A stretch of 35,393 bases of DNA from an uncultured Chthoniobacterales bacterium. Its GTDB lineage: Bacteria; Verrucomicrobiota; Verrucomicrobiia; Chthoniobacterales; JAFAMB01. Position numbers and translations under genes: made by a program. Location of the stretch: contig CAXUNV010000001.1 in assembly GCA_964252355.1 (NCBI GenBank), positions 1-35,393 on the forward strand, read 5' to 3'. Below, piece after piece: positions 18,975 to 27,931 of this stretch (positions are counted from its first letter, which is position 1; each line of letters begins with the position of its first letter). Below the pieces are notes generated by a model that was given only the letters and a program-made list of their open reading frames with translations, made no database searches and was not told the DNA's origin.

Positions 18975-20708
18975 TCAAGCTTCAACCGCGGCCAGCTTGG
19001 CTTCGGAACGGCCAGCCAGTTCCGCGTGAAACTGGTCTGGGTGCGGGGCTGGACCGTTCTCGTGGGTCCTTCCCCAATACGCGCTGAACGATTCACCAGG
19101 CTCACGCGCTTCCACGTACGCCGACAGCAGCGTGCGTACCCGGTCGGGGATCTCATGTTCCGTGACGGTCTTGGCGTGCAACCCGGCCAACCGGTCACCC
19201 GCCGACGACCCGCCGACGTACAGGGCGTACTTGCCAGGGGCGCGTCCCACGAAAGAGATGTCAGCGTTGTAGGGGCGGGCGCAGCCGTTGGGACATCCGG
19301 TCATGCGGATCAGCAACGGCTCCTCGCGTAACCCCAAGCCGTCGAGCACCGCGTCGACGCCGTCGAGCACGCGTGGAAAGATCCTTTCGCTTTCGGCCAG
19401 CGCCAAACCACACGTTGGCAGGGCCACGCAAGCGTGCGCGACCCGGCGCGCCGCGGTGAGCTTTGCCGGGTCGGTCACGCCGTAACGCGTCAGGGTGGCA
19501 TCGACCTTCCCCCGCGCGTCGCTTGGCACGTCCGCGAGAATCAGATTGCAGTTGGTCGTCAGCCGGACGCCGCACCCGAACGTCTCGACGAGGTCCCGGA
19601 ACGCCGTTTGGTACTGGGTTTTTGGCCCGTCCACGATACGGCCTTCTTGGACCCAAACGCCGCGAAACCAGCGACCGTCTGCCTGCTGATGCCAACCCAA
19701 GAGGTCTTCGACGGTGTCGAAATGGAGGGCTTTGGGCGCCTGCGCCTCGCCGTCAAACCGGTTCAAAAACTCCTCTCGAAACCAGTCGAGCCCGCGTTCC
19801 TCAATCAGGTACTTCAGTCGGGCGCGCTTCCGGTCCGTGCGGTTGCCGTAATCGCGCTGCACGGTGACGACGGCAACCGCGGCGGCCACCGCTTGATCTC
19901 GGTGCACGTAGCAGAGCGGTTTTGCCAACACCGGGTACGTGTCGGTTTTACCGTGAGACATGCCAAAGCCACCGCCCACCGTGACGGTATAGCCAGCCAC
20001 CCGGCCGTCTTGCACGTGCGCCACAAAGCCCAGATCATTGGAGAGCACGTCGACGTCGTTCCGCGGCGGGACGGCTACCGCGATCTTGAACTTGCGCGGC
20101 AGGTAGTGCGTCCCGTAGATCGGGTCCGCCTCGGCAGGCGGCATGGGTTCGGCGTCGAACGGCTCTCCGTCCAGCCAGATCTCGGCATACGCCCGCGAAC
20201 GGGAGAGGAAGGTTCGGCTAAGCTCTTCCGCCAGCCGCAACGTGTCGAGGTGAACCCGGTCGCCCCACGGCGCTGCCGGCGCGACGGTGTTGCGGACGAC
20301 GTCCCCGCACGCACCCCACGTCGTGACGCCGGTCGCATTGATCCGGGCGATGCACTCCTGCAGCCGGCCTTTCAAGACCCCGTGCAACTGGAACCCTTGG
20401 CGCGTGGTGATGCGCAGGGAGCCATTGCCGAGCACGGTGGCCAAGCGGTCGTGCGCCAAGTATTGCGCGGGCGTCAACGCACCGCCCGGCAACTTGGATC
20501 GGACCATGAAAGACCAAGCTTTGTCCAAGCCCTGCTGTTTGCGGGCATTGCGCTGGTCGCGGTCGTCCTGCTGATAAGTGCCGTGAAACTTGAGGAGTTG
20601 GGCGGCTTCCTCCGAAACGTGATCGGCCGGACCGGCCAAATCCTCCCGGATCTGTCCTCGCAGCGCGTGGCTTTCGGCCTTGAGTTCTTCGACGTTTTTA
20701 GCAGGCAT
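18975..20708 (-). CDS. cysI: Assimilatory sulfite reductase hemoprotein (siroheme, 4Fe-4S)
   Basis: KFHGTYQQDDRD, GACGDVVRN, YLPRKFK, CVALPTC, GCPNGC. Start MPAKNVEELK at 20708. Confidence 0.92.
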   Translation of the reverse strand: MPAKNVEELKAESHALRGQIREDLAGPADHVSEEAAQLLKFHGTYQQDDRDQRNARKQQGLDKAWSFMVRSKLPGGALTPAQYLAHDRLATVLGNGSLRITTRQGFQLHGVLKGRLQECIARINATGVTTWGACGDVVRNTVAPAAPWGDRVHLDTLRLAEELSRTFLSRSRAYAEIWLDGEPFDAEPMPPAEADPIYGTHYLPRKFKIAVAVPPRNDVDVLSNDLGFVAHVQDGRVAGYTVTVGGGFGMSHGKTDTYPVLAKPLCYVHRDQAVAAAVAVVTVQRDYGNRTDRKRARLKYLIEERGLDWFREEFLNRFDGEAQAPKALHFDTVEDLLGWHQQADGRWFRGVWVQEGRIVDGPKTQYQTAFRDLVETFGCGVRLTTNCNLILADVPSDARGKVDATLTRYGVTDPAKLTAARRVAHACVALPTCGLALAESERIFPRVLDGVDAVLDGLGLREEPLLIRMTGCPNGCARPYNADISFVGRAPGKYALYVGGSSAGDRLAGLHAKTVTEHEIPDRVRTLLSAYVEAREPGESFSAYWGRTHENGPAPHPDQFHAELAGRSEAKLAAVEA

Positions 20709-20711
20709 CCT

Positions 20712-20740
20712 TTTAAAAGAGAGTATCCCTATAGGTTTAT
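20712..20740 (-). promoter_or_regulatory. Candidate sulfur-regulon site upstream of cysI
   Basis: On the + strand TTTAAA-N11-CTATAGG; same layout as 31801-31824 upstream of ssuA. Confidence 0.4.
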
Positions 20741-20868
20741 CGTCTTCTGCCGCGAGTGCAAGGGGCAGCGTGCGCGCGCACCCTGGCGCGCAGCGGTACC
20801 CTGGTAAGCTTTTCTTCGCGTGTTCACGTCGCGCTGGCGACGGTCCCGATCGGGATGTAGACGTCTGG

Positions 20869-21504
20869 ATGCGCCTTCTTTCTGCCGTTCTGACCGGCCT
20901 GCTTGCGACCTTGGCCCACGCCGTGGGGGACCCCGCACAGGATCTTGCCGATGCCGTCACCAAAGCCTCCGGGGCCGATGCGTTCAGCAAACTGCACCGG
21001 CTCCGCTTCACCTTTGTCGCGGAAGACGGTAACGCGAACGTGTTGTTGAGGGCCAAGCACGATTGGGACCTGACCAAGAAGACGGACGAGGTCGCTTGGA
21101 AGGACAAGAAGGTGACGCTCAACTTGGCGTCGCCACCAACGGACGGGGACGGCAAAGAGGCGTTTGCGCGTTGGACGAACGATTCCTATTGGCTGCTTGC
21201 CCCACTCAAACTCAAAGATGGCGGCGCGATGTCGGAAGCCGGCGGCACGGCTGAGCTGGACGGCAAAACTTACCAAGTTTTAAAGATGCATTTTGCCGGC
21301 GTGGGCATGACGCCGGGCGATCAGTACGCGTTGTACATCAATCCGGAAAGCCACCTGCTGGAGGCTTGGGACTACATGCCAAACCCGGAGACAAAGGTGC
21401 ACGCCACCTGGGAAAAATACCAAGACGTGAACGGCATGCACTTGGCCACCTTCCATCACTTCGGGGATAAGGTGATTCGGTTCGAAGACTTGGCGGCAGA
21501 GTGA
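20869..21504 (+). CDS. Secreted hypothetical protein (beta-rich, possibly LolA-like fold)
   Basis: Signal peptide MRLLSAVLTGLLATLAHA; W.NDSYWL..P.K..D.G and VG.TPGD.Y motifs; typical codon usage. Fold assignment is tentative. Confidence 0.8.
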   Translation: MRLLSAVLTGLLATLAHAVGDPAQDLADAVTKASGADAFSKLHRLRFTFVAEDGNANVLLRAKHDWDLTKKTDEVAWKDKKVTLNLASPPTDGDGKEAFARWTNDSYWLLAPLKLKDGGAMSEAGGTAELDGKTYQVLKMHFAGVGMTPGDQYALYINPESHLLEAWDYMPNPETKVHATWEKYQDVNGMHLATFHHFGDKVIRFEDLAAE

Positions 21505-21535
21505 GAGGCGCGGAAATGCCGCCCGACGAGGAACG

Positions 21536-21785
21536 CCGGTGGGGCGAAAACCCGGCCGGCGGAGAAGGGCTGCTATCGCGAGAGAACGCGTGCCGGGCGG
21601 TTTGAGCCGGCGCGAGCTATCCGTGCAGCCCGCAGCATGCCGAAAGACCGTACGCACGATGCCTGCGGTGACCGTGTGCCCTGCAGTCATCTGCCCCACC
21701 CTGGTTCTGGCCGGCACCCTTCGCCCTCCGGCCGTTCCCTGGTGATGGTGACCGCGCTCGGCGGGCCGGGTTTTCGCCCCACCGG
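21536..21785. repeat. REPIN/MITE-like element, copy 2
   Basis: Perfect 22-bp terminal inverted repeat CCGGTGGGGCGAAAACCCGGCC (21536-21557 / 21764-21785). Confidence 0.85.
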
Positions 21786-21854
21786 GTCAAGCGCCGGTTC
21801 CGGCCCTCCTCGGAACCCGCCACACGCAACCCGCGCACGGGGCGAAACTTTTTT

Positions 21855-21903
21855 CCTTCGTGAGCTTTTTGTCCTTCTGTTCCCCTTCGTTCCCTTCTGT
21901 TCG
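21855..21903 (-). repeat. Single arm of the GAAGG 9-bp periodic repeat family
   Basis: Reverse complement CGAACAGAAGGGAACGAAGGGGAACAGAAGGACAAAAAGCTCACGAAGG resembles the arms at 24893 and 32805. Confidence 0.75.
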
Positions 21904-21969
21904 CCTTCCTGCTTCCCGGGCGGCCAAATGGCGTTTGCCGCCCCCAAAAAGCTGCCTTAAAGCAGGGGG

Positions 21970-22845
21970 ATGTTCAACGGCACCTACACGGCGATCGTCA
22001 CCCCGTTCCGCGAGGGCCAAGTGGATGAGGAGGCGTTTCGGCGGCTCATCGATTTCCAGATCGAACACGGGGTGGATGGCTTGGTGCCGGCGGGCACCAC
22101 GGGCGAGGCAGCCACGTTGGACGTGGAGGAGCACCTGCGCGTGATCGAAGTTGCGGTTTCGCAAGCCGCTGGCCGTTGCCAGATCGTGGCCGGTACCGGG
22201 TCGAACTCGACGAGCGAAGCCATCGAACTCTCGGTGCGCGCGCAAGCGCTGGGGGTGGACGGGGTGCTGCTCGCCAGCCCGTACTACAACAAGCCGACGC
22301 AGGAAGGCCTGTACCGTCATTACCGGGCGATCGCCGAAGCCGTGAGCACGAAGATCATGCTCTACAACGTGCCCGGGCGCACGGCGGGTGAGATTGCCGT
22401 GGAAACTTGCGCGCGATTGGCCCGCGATTGCCCGAACATCGTCAGCATCAAGGAAGCGGGCGGCTCCTGCGACCGGGTCAGTGCCTTGCGGCGGGACTTG
22501 CCGGCCGGGTTCACCATCGTATCGGGTGACGATCCGTTGACGTTGCCATTCCTGGCGCTTGGAGCGGTCGGTGTGGTTAGCGTGGCGTCGAACGTGATTC
22601 CGGCGGAGGTGGTGCGCTTGGTGGCGGCGTTTCGCAAGGGGCATTTGGCGGAGGCGTTGGACCAACACCTGCGTTGGTACCCGCTGTTCAAGGATTTGTT
22701 CATCGAATCCAATCCCATCCCGGTGAAGGCGGCGCTGGCGTTGAGGGGTTTTATCGCGCCCGAGTACCGGTTGCCGCTGTGCGAGATGTCTGCGCCGAAC
22801 CTTGATCGCCTGCGCCGCACGTTGAGTTTGCTCGGCCTGAAATGA
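21970..22845 (+). CDS. dapA: 4-hydroxy-tetrahydrodipicolinate synthase
   Basis: GTTGE, PYYNKP, LYNVPGRT, IKEA, FIESNPIPVK. Confidence 0.97.
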   Translation: MFNGTYTAIVTPFREGQVDEEAFRRLIDFQIEHGVDGLVPAGTTGEAATLDVEEHLRVIEVAVSQAAGRCQIVAGTGSNSTSEAIELSVRAQALGVDGVLLASPYYNKPTQEGLYRHYRAIAEAVSTKIMLYNVPGRTAGEIAVETCARLARDCPNIVSIKEAGGSCDRVSALRRDLPAGFTIVSGDDPLTLPFLALGAVGVVSVASNVIPAEVVRLVAAFRKGHLAEALDQHLRWYPLFKDLFIESNPIPVKAALALRGFIAPEYRLPLCEMSAPNLDRLRRTLSLLGLK

Positions 22846-23582
22846 AACGGCTGCTGGTCGTCGGGGGGAGCGGACGGCTCGGGTCGTCCATTCTACGGCA
22901 AGCCTCTGCGGACGCGGGCTGGCAGGCGTGCGGAGCCGGGCGAGGCGACGAGCTCGAGAGACTCTTAGGGAACTGCGACGTGGCGATCGACGTCAGTCAA
23001 CCGGCAGGCACAAGGCGTCTCCTGGCTGCAGCCACACCGCATGGTACGCCGCTCGTGATTGGCACGACCGGCCACGATGAAGCGATGATCTCGGAGATAC
23101 GCACGGCGGCCGGCCGCGTGCCGCTCTTGCTTGCGCCGAACTTCAGCGTGGGGGTGAATCTCCTGTTCGCGTTGACGGCGCAGGCGGCGCGAGCACTCGG
23201 CCCAGATTACCGGGTCGAGATCGTGGAGTTGCATCACGAACGCAAGCGCGACGCACCCAGCGGGACGGCGCGGCGTCTGGGCGAAATCGCCGCCGCGGCA
23301 CACGGGCGTATTTTCTCGGAAGTGGCGCGCCACGGCCGAACCGGTGAACCCGGGCCGCGCCACCCCGATGAGCTCGGTATGCACGCGGTGCGCGGCGGCG
23401 ACATCATCGGCGAACACACCGTCTTTCTGATCGGTCCTGCGGAACGGTTGGAACTGACGCACCGCGCCGCCAACCGCGAACTGTTTGCGCAAGGCGCCTT
23501 GCGCGCAGCCGGCTGGTTGGTGGGTCGGCCGCCGGGGTTTTACGGCATGGCGGACGCCTTGGGTCTGCCAAACGCGCCATGA
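22842..23582 (+). CDS. dapB: 4-hydroxy-tetrahydrodipicolinate reductase
   Basis: GTTG, PNFSVG, ELHHERKRDAPSGTA, RGGDIIGEH. Confidence 0.96.
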   Translation: MKRLLVVGGSGRLGSSILRQASADAGWQACGAGRGDELERLLGNCDVAIDVSQPAGTRRLLAAATPHGTPLVIGTTGHDEAMISEIRTAAGRVPLLLAPNFSVGVNLLFALTAQAARALGPDYRVEIVELHHERKRDAPSGTARRLGEIAAAAHGRIFSEVARHGRTGEPGPRHPDELGMHAVRGGDIIGEHTVFLIGPAERLELTHRAANRELFAQGALRAAGWLVGRPPGFYGMADALGLPNAP

Positions 23583-24118
23583 CGAGCGCCGCCCCGCCAA
23601 CGCTGGTGCGTACCGGCATCGCGCTCGGCTCCAACGTCGGCGATCGGCTCGCCTACCTGCGCGCCGGGTTCCGAGCTTTGCGGCAGTTGCACCGGGGAAC
23701 CTCCCCTACGCTGCTCACCTCGGCCGTTTACCGCACCGCCCCGGTCGATTGCGCCCCAGGCACGGGCGATTTTCTGAACGCGGTGACGGAGATTGCGACG
23801 GACCTGACGCCACTCGACCTGCTGCAACGGTTGCGGGAGGTGGAAGGCTCGCTCGGCCGCCTCGCCACGCGCCCGCGGAACGCCCCGCGGACGCTGGATT
23901 TGGACATTCTCTACGTCGGCGAGCTGGCGCTGCGCACCCCGGAGATCACCCTGCCGCACCCCCGGTTGACGGAGCGGCGCTTCGTGTTGGCGCCCTTGTC
24001 CGAAATTGTGCCGGCGAAGAGATTGCCTGGACAGACACTTCCGGTGGCCGCGTTGCTGGCCGACTTGCCGGAGGTTCCGGAAGTCACCAAACTGGCAGAG
24101 ACCCTTTGGGATGGCTGA
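23579..24118 (+). CDS. folK: 6-hydroxymethyl-7,8-dihydropterin pyrophosphokinase
   Basis: IALGSNVGDR, FLNAV, PRTLDLDIL, LPHPRLTERRFVL. Confidence 0.96.
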   Translation: MTSAAPPTLVRTGIALGSNVGDRLAYLRAGFRALRQLHRGTSPTLLTSAVYRTAPVDCAPGTGDFLNAVTEIATDLTPLDLLQRLREVEGSLGRLATRPRNAPRTLDLDILYVGELALRTPEITLPHPRLTERRFVLAPLSEIVPAKRLPGQTLPVAALLADLPEVPEVTKLAETLWDG

Positions 24119-24896
24119 CAAGATCACCACTGAAACGGTCCGTGGGTGGAAAGGGCGGGAGCAACGGTTAGCCGCCCTGACCGCCTACGACTACCCGACG
24201 GCGCGTTTGTTGGACGAAGCGGGCGTCGACGTGCTGCTGGTGGGTGACAGCTTGGGGATGACCGTGCTCGGCTACGCTGACACCACGTGGGTGACCCTTG
24301 ACGACATCGTGCACCACACGCGGGCCGTAAGCCGCGGGGTGCGCCGCGCCTTGGTCATCGCCGACCTGCCGATCCACACCTATCGAACGCCGGAGGAGGC
24401 GGTCAGGAACGCTCGCCGCCTCCGCGAGGCGGGTGCGGACGCCGTGAAGTTGGAAGGCGGCGTGAGTGTGGCCGACCAGATCCACGCGATCGTCGCCGCG
24501 GGCGTGCCCTGCATGGCCCACCTTGGCAAGCTCCCCCAACGCATCCTCGACGAGGGCGGAAACCGGGGGAAGGACAAAACCGAGGTCGAACGGAGCGCGC
24601 TGTGGGCGGACGGGGATGCGGTGGTGGTGGCGGGCGCGTTCGCGACGGTCTTGGAATTGGTAAAACCAGGCGTGGCAGCCGAAATGACCGAGCGCCTGCC
24701 GATCCCGACGGTGGGCATCGGCTCAGGCGAACGTTGCGACGGCCAGATCCTGGTGGTGCACGATCTGGTGGGCGCGTTCCCGTGGTTCACGCCGAAGCAT
24801 GTGCGCCCGCGCGGCGACGTGGCGGGCGAGATCCGCCGGGCGGTGGGGAGTTATCTGGCGGGACTGCGCGCCGACCCGAGACCCGAAGGGGGTTAA
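24111..24896 (+). CDS. panB: 3-methyl-2-oxobutanoate hydroxymethyltransferase
   Basis: LTAYDY, LVGDSLGM, VKLEGG, GIGSG..CDGQILV. Start ATG 24111. Confidence 0.94.
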   Translation: MADKITTETVRGWKGREQRLAALTAYDYPTARLLDEAGVDVLLVGDSLGMTVLGYADTTWVTLDDIVHHTRAVSRGVRRALVIADLPIHTYRTPEEAVRNARRLREAGADAVKLEGGVSVADQIHAIVAAGVPCMAHLGKLPQRILDEGGNRGKDKTEVERSALWADGDAVVVAGAFATVLELVKPGVAAEMTERLPIPTVGIGSGERCDGQILVVHDLVGAFPWFTPKHVRPRGDVAGEIRRAVGSYLAGLRADPRPEGG

Positions 24897-25095
24897 ACCG
24901 AAGGGAACGAAGGAAGAGGAAACGAACAGAAGGTCACAGAGGACACGAAGGACTTAGCTACGGCAGGACTGGGCGGATGAGACGGGCAACACGCGCAGCT
25001 GACTCCGCCCTGCTACGAAGCACCCAGCAGGTTACCCCTTGGTGGTTTTTGTGACCTTCTATTTACTCTCTGTGCCTTCGTTGCCTTCGGTTCAA
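24893..25095. repeat. 203-bp inverted-repeat element of GAAGG 9-bp units
   Basis: 59-bp arms 24893-24951 and 25037-25095 match ungapped at 44/59. The termini TTAAAC and TTGAAC contain the panB and accA stop codons. Confidence 0.85.
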
Positions 25096-26069
25096 CTCTC
25101 CGGGTCGACGCCCGGTTCGAGCACCGAGCCCATGCGCCGAAACTTTTCGTACCTGGCGTCGAGCAGGTCGGGGATCTTGCGGCGGGTGAGTACGGCTAAG
25201 GCGTTGCCGACCGCTTGGGCGAGCCGTCGCGCGGCGTCCGCCGGATCGTGGTGCGCCCCACCCAACGGCTCCGGGATCACCTCGTCGATAAGGTTCAAGG
25301 CTTTCAGGTCGGTGGCGGTCAGTTTCAACGCCTCCGCCGCTTCCGGGGCGTGGCTGCGGTGTTTCCAGAGGATGGCGGCGCATCCTTCCGGGCTGATGAC
25401 CGAGTAATAGGCGTTTTCAAACATGAGCACCCGGTCGGCCACCCCGATCCCGAGGGCGCCGCCCGAACCGCCCTCGCCAATCACGACGGCCACGATGGGG
25501 GTGCGCAAACCCATCATCTCGCGCAGGTTCACCGCGATGGCTTCGGAGATGTGCCTTTCCTCCGCACCCACCCCGGGGTAAGCGCCGGGCGTATCGATTA
25601 ACGCCACCACCGGCAACCGAAACTTCTCGGCAAGGCGCATGAGCCGAAGCGCCTTGCGATAGCCTTCTGGGTGCCCGCTGCCGAAGTTGCGGCGGATGTT
25701 TTCCTTGGTGTCGCGCCCTTTCTGATGGGAGATCACGACGCACCGGTGCGGCCCGAGTTGGGCCAAGCCCCCCGGCATGGCCTGATCGTCGCCAAAAACT
25801 CGGTCGCCGTGGAGTTCAACAAACCCGGTGAAGGCCTCGCGAAAGTAGTCGAGCGCGAAGGGGCGCTCGTTGTGGCGGGCGACTTGGACCCGCTGCCAAG
25901 CGGTCAGGTTCTGGTAAACCTTCTCACGGGTCTGTTGGATCTTGGCCTCGACCGCTTTGACCTCGCGCTCAAGGTCGACGGCGCCGAGCTTGGAATGCTT
26001 GCGCAACTCTTCGAGTTGCCGCTCCAAGTCTTGGATCGGTTTTTCGAAATCGAGCGGGGCAGGTTTCAT
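25092..26069 (-). CDS. accA: Acetyl-CoA carboxylase carboxyltransferase alpha
   Basis: ELHGDR, PEGYRKA, IDTPGAYPG, GEGGSGGALG, YSVISPEGCAAILW. Confidence 0.97.
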   Translation of the reverse strand: MKPAPLDFEKPIQDLERQLEELRKHSKLGAVDLEREVKAVEAKIQQTREKVYQNLTAWQRVQVARHNERPFALDYFREAFTGFVELHGDRVFGDDQAMPGGLAQLGPHRCVVISHQKGRDTKENIRRNFGSGHPEGYRKALRLMRLAEKFRLPVVALIDTPGAYPGVGAEERHISEAIAVNLREMMGLRTPIVAVVIGEGGSGGALGIGVADRVLMFENAYYSVISPEGCAAILWKHRSHAPEAAEALKLTATDLKALNLIDEVIPEPLGGAHHDPADAARRLAQAVGNALAVLTRRKIPDLLDARYEKFRRMGSVLEPGVDPES

Positions 26070-26896
26070 TGCACCACGACCGGGGTGTTCTTCACCACCA
26101 GTGCGAAAAGCTCTTCCAGGTCGGACGGTCCCAGCATGATGCCGGTCAACGGCTTCTGCACGTTGGGCGCGGCGGGGTTCGACTCCGAAAAGATCGTCAG
26201 TCCCGAAAAGTTAGTCATGATCCAACGGCTGCTGCCCAGGTAATGTTTGTCGCCGAACGCTACGCGAGTTCCGCCAGACCACGCAACCTTTTCGCTGACT
26301 TTGTACTGCCCGGGGCCGAGCCGCGGCGGCGCCTTAAATTCCGCCGGCTTGTACCACTTGAAAAACGCGCCACGGTCCAACAGGGTCACGGTCTGGCGTT
26401 TCAGGTCGACGGCGACGCTGAATTGGCCGGACGGGACGATGAAACGGCGGCCGGGTTGGATGTTCAGGTTGGTAAGGCCGTTGGCCTTGAAGATCAATTC
26501 CGGTGACGCCTTGGTTTTGGCCGCGATCCGGCCAATCGAATCGCCGCGGACGACGGTGTATTCGGTCTTGTCCGGCCCGGGTGAAAAGAAGTCGTGCAGG
26601 TTCAAGTCGCCCAACACGCGGCGGGCTTCGTCCGCAGGTGCGGCCTGGGGAAAGGCTTGGATGATGGAGAGCAAGGTACCGCGCGCCGCCGCGGGGTTGC
26701 CGTCGCTCAACTGGCGTCTGGCCTCGGCCAACATGGGGCTAACCAAGTCGGGTGTGGCGGTAGCGACGGCGACGCCGCCCCCACGCTCACGATAATCCTT
26801 CTTTTTGAAGAACAACTCATAGCTGAGGAGCCCGCCGCCGCCGAAAATGGCGAGCGCGAGGCCGGCGATGACCAACCCCTTTAGAAGAGCGCTCAT
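26066..26896 (-). CDS. Membrane-anchored LysM protein with a degenerate YkuD/L,D-transpeptidase-like domain
   Basis: N-terminal TM helix, TPR-like helix pair, LysM YTVVRGDSIGRIA...ANGLTNLNIQPG, then VDLKRQTVTL..G.Y.V.EK...LGSSRWI. No HGC motif. Confidence 0.8.
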   Translation of the reverse strand: MSALLKGLVIAGLALAIFGGGGLLSYELFFKKKDYRERGGGVAVATATPDLVSPMLAEARRQLSDGNPAAARGTLLSIIQAFPQAAPADEARRVLGDLNLHDFFSPGPDKTEYTVVRGDSIGRIAAKTKASPELIFKANGLTNLNIQPGRRFIVPSGQFSVAVDLKRQTVTLLDRGAFFKWYKPAEFKAPPRLGPGQYKVSEKVAWSGGTRVAFGDKHYLGSSRWIMTNFSGLTIFSESNPAAPNVQKPLTGIMLGPSDLEELFALVVKNTPVVVQ

Positions 26897-26918
26897 GGCG
26901 GCGCAACTTCACCGAACC

Positions 26919-27437
26919 CTAGAGCAAGCCGCGCCGTTTGAAGTCGAAGAGGTTGACGCCCGCCGATGCGCCAATGAGGTCGAACGTAAACTTCAACAGA
27001 CAAACTTCCCAACCTTCGTCCACACCCTGCAGAACCGCGCTTCCGCTCCTTTCGCTCTCCGGGATGCCCTGCTGCACCCGGTCGAGCACGTCCTCCACGC
27101 GACCGGTCACCAGGGTTTCCGAGACCGCGTCTTTGCGGATCTGAAAGCCGTACTTCAACAGCGCGGCGTGCCGTGCCTGCAACGCCTGCGCCAAGCGTTG
27201 CGCCTTCTCGCCGAAGCCGTCCAGCAAGAGCCGCGAGGCGTGTTCGGCCGTGAGAATCTGCGGTCGCTCCGCGGTGATCCGGCCGTCGCGCACCCGGATT
27301 TCCTCCACGCGGTCCATCAGTTCGGTGACGATGTAGAACCGGAACTGGGTGGTGCCGAAAGTGGCGATGCGCCGGTCGGGCGCGGTGACCACCCGCGTGT
27401 TTTCGAGTGCGTATTGAACGTCATCCGCAGAATGCAT
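26919..27437 (-). CDS. Hypothetical protein
   Basis: 172-aa ORF co-oriented in the acpP-accA run, with typical codon usage. No motif recognised. Confidence 0.8.
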   Translation of the reverse strand: MHSADDVQYALENTRVVTAPDRRIATFGTTQFRFYIVTELMDRVEEIRVRDGRITAERPQILTAEHASRLLLDGFGEKAQRLAQALQARHAALLKYGFQIRKDAVSETLVTGRVEDVLDRVQQGIPESERSGSAVLQGVDEGWEVCLLKFTFDLIGASAGVNLFDFKRRGLL

Positions 27438-27508
27438 GGGAAAAGCGGCACGTTAAAGCAGGGATGTCGCGTTGACAAACCCGGGCCGAAACCCACCAGC
27501 CCGGCCAT

Positions 27509-27541
27509 AAAACACGAACACGGTGGAAATCTCCACCGTGT
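27509..27541 (-). terminator. Intrinsic terminator after acpP
   Basis: Minus strand ACACGGTGGA-GATT-TCCACCGTGT followed by TCGTGTTTT. Confidence 0.75.
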
Positions 27542-27594
27542 CAGCATGCCACGTCCCTCTTGGAGCCGCCGTCAGACGCGGCCAAGGCGTCTGC

Positions 27595-27837
27595 TCACTT
27601 GGCGCGTTCTTCGATGTAGCGGATGACGTCGCCCACCGTTTGCAGCTTTTCCGCATCCTCGTCCGGGACCTCCACCGAGAATTCCTCCTCAAACGCCATC
27701 ACCAACTCCACCGTGTCGAGGGAATCGGCGCCGAGATCCTCGATAAATGAGGCGTTGGAGGTCACCTGCTCCGGGTTCACGCCGAGCTGTTCGACGATGA
27801 TCTCCTTGACCTTCTCTTCGACGGATTTCTCTGACAT
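27595..27837 (-). CDS. acpP: Acyl carrier protein
   Basis: [14 protein letters not shown] phosphopantetheine site; GAGGAG upstream. Confidence 0.98.
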   Translation of the reverse strand: MSEKSVEEKVKEIIVEQLGVNPEQVTSNASFIEDLGADSLDTVELVMAFEEEFSVEVPDEDAEKLQTVGDVIRYIEERAK

Positions 27838-27920
27838 AAAATGACTTAGCTCCTCGGTTGTGGTTAAGACGTGGCTACGCTTAATGACGAAGCACGGTCA
27901 TGGCAACTAAATTAATTGGG

Positions 27921-27926
27921 TAGAAT
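27921..27926 (+). promoter_or_regulatory. Putative -10 box for the ncRNA candidate
   Basis: TAGAAT in an AT-rich patch, 5 nt before the 5' end of the long stem at 27932. No convincing -35. Confidence 0.5.
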
Positions 27927-27931
27927 AGCAA

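Noticed and set aside
19434-20807. Long antisense ORFs over cysI, uvrB, the M3 peptidase and opp genes
   Set aside because: Expected open antisense frames in high-GC coding DNA, with no independent motifs.
24510-24600. Divergent PanB segment (AHLGKLPQ...NRGKDK) suggesting a pseudogene
   Set aside because: The frame is intact and the other catalytic motifs are retained; ordinary divergence is sufficient.
24893-25095. Repeats as a CRISPR array
   Set aside because: Units are 9-bp, degenerate and inverted, with no repeat-spacer structure and no cas genes.
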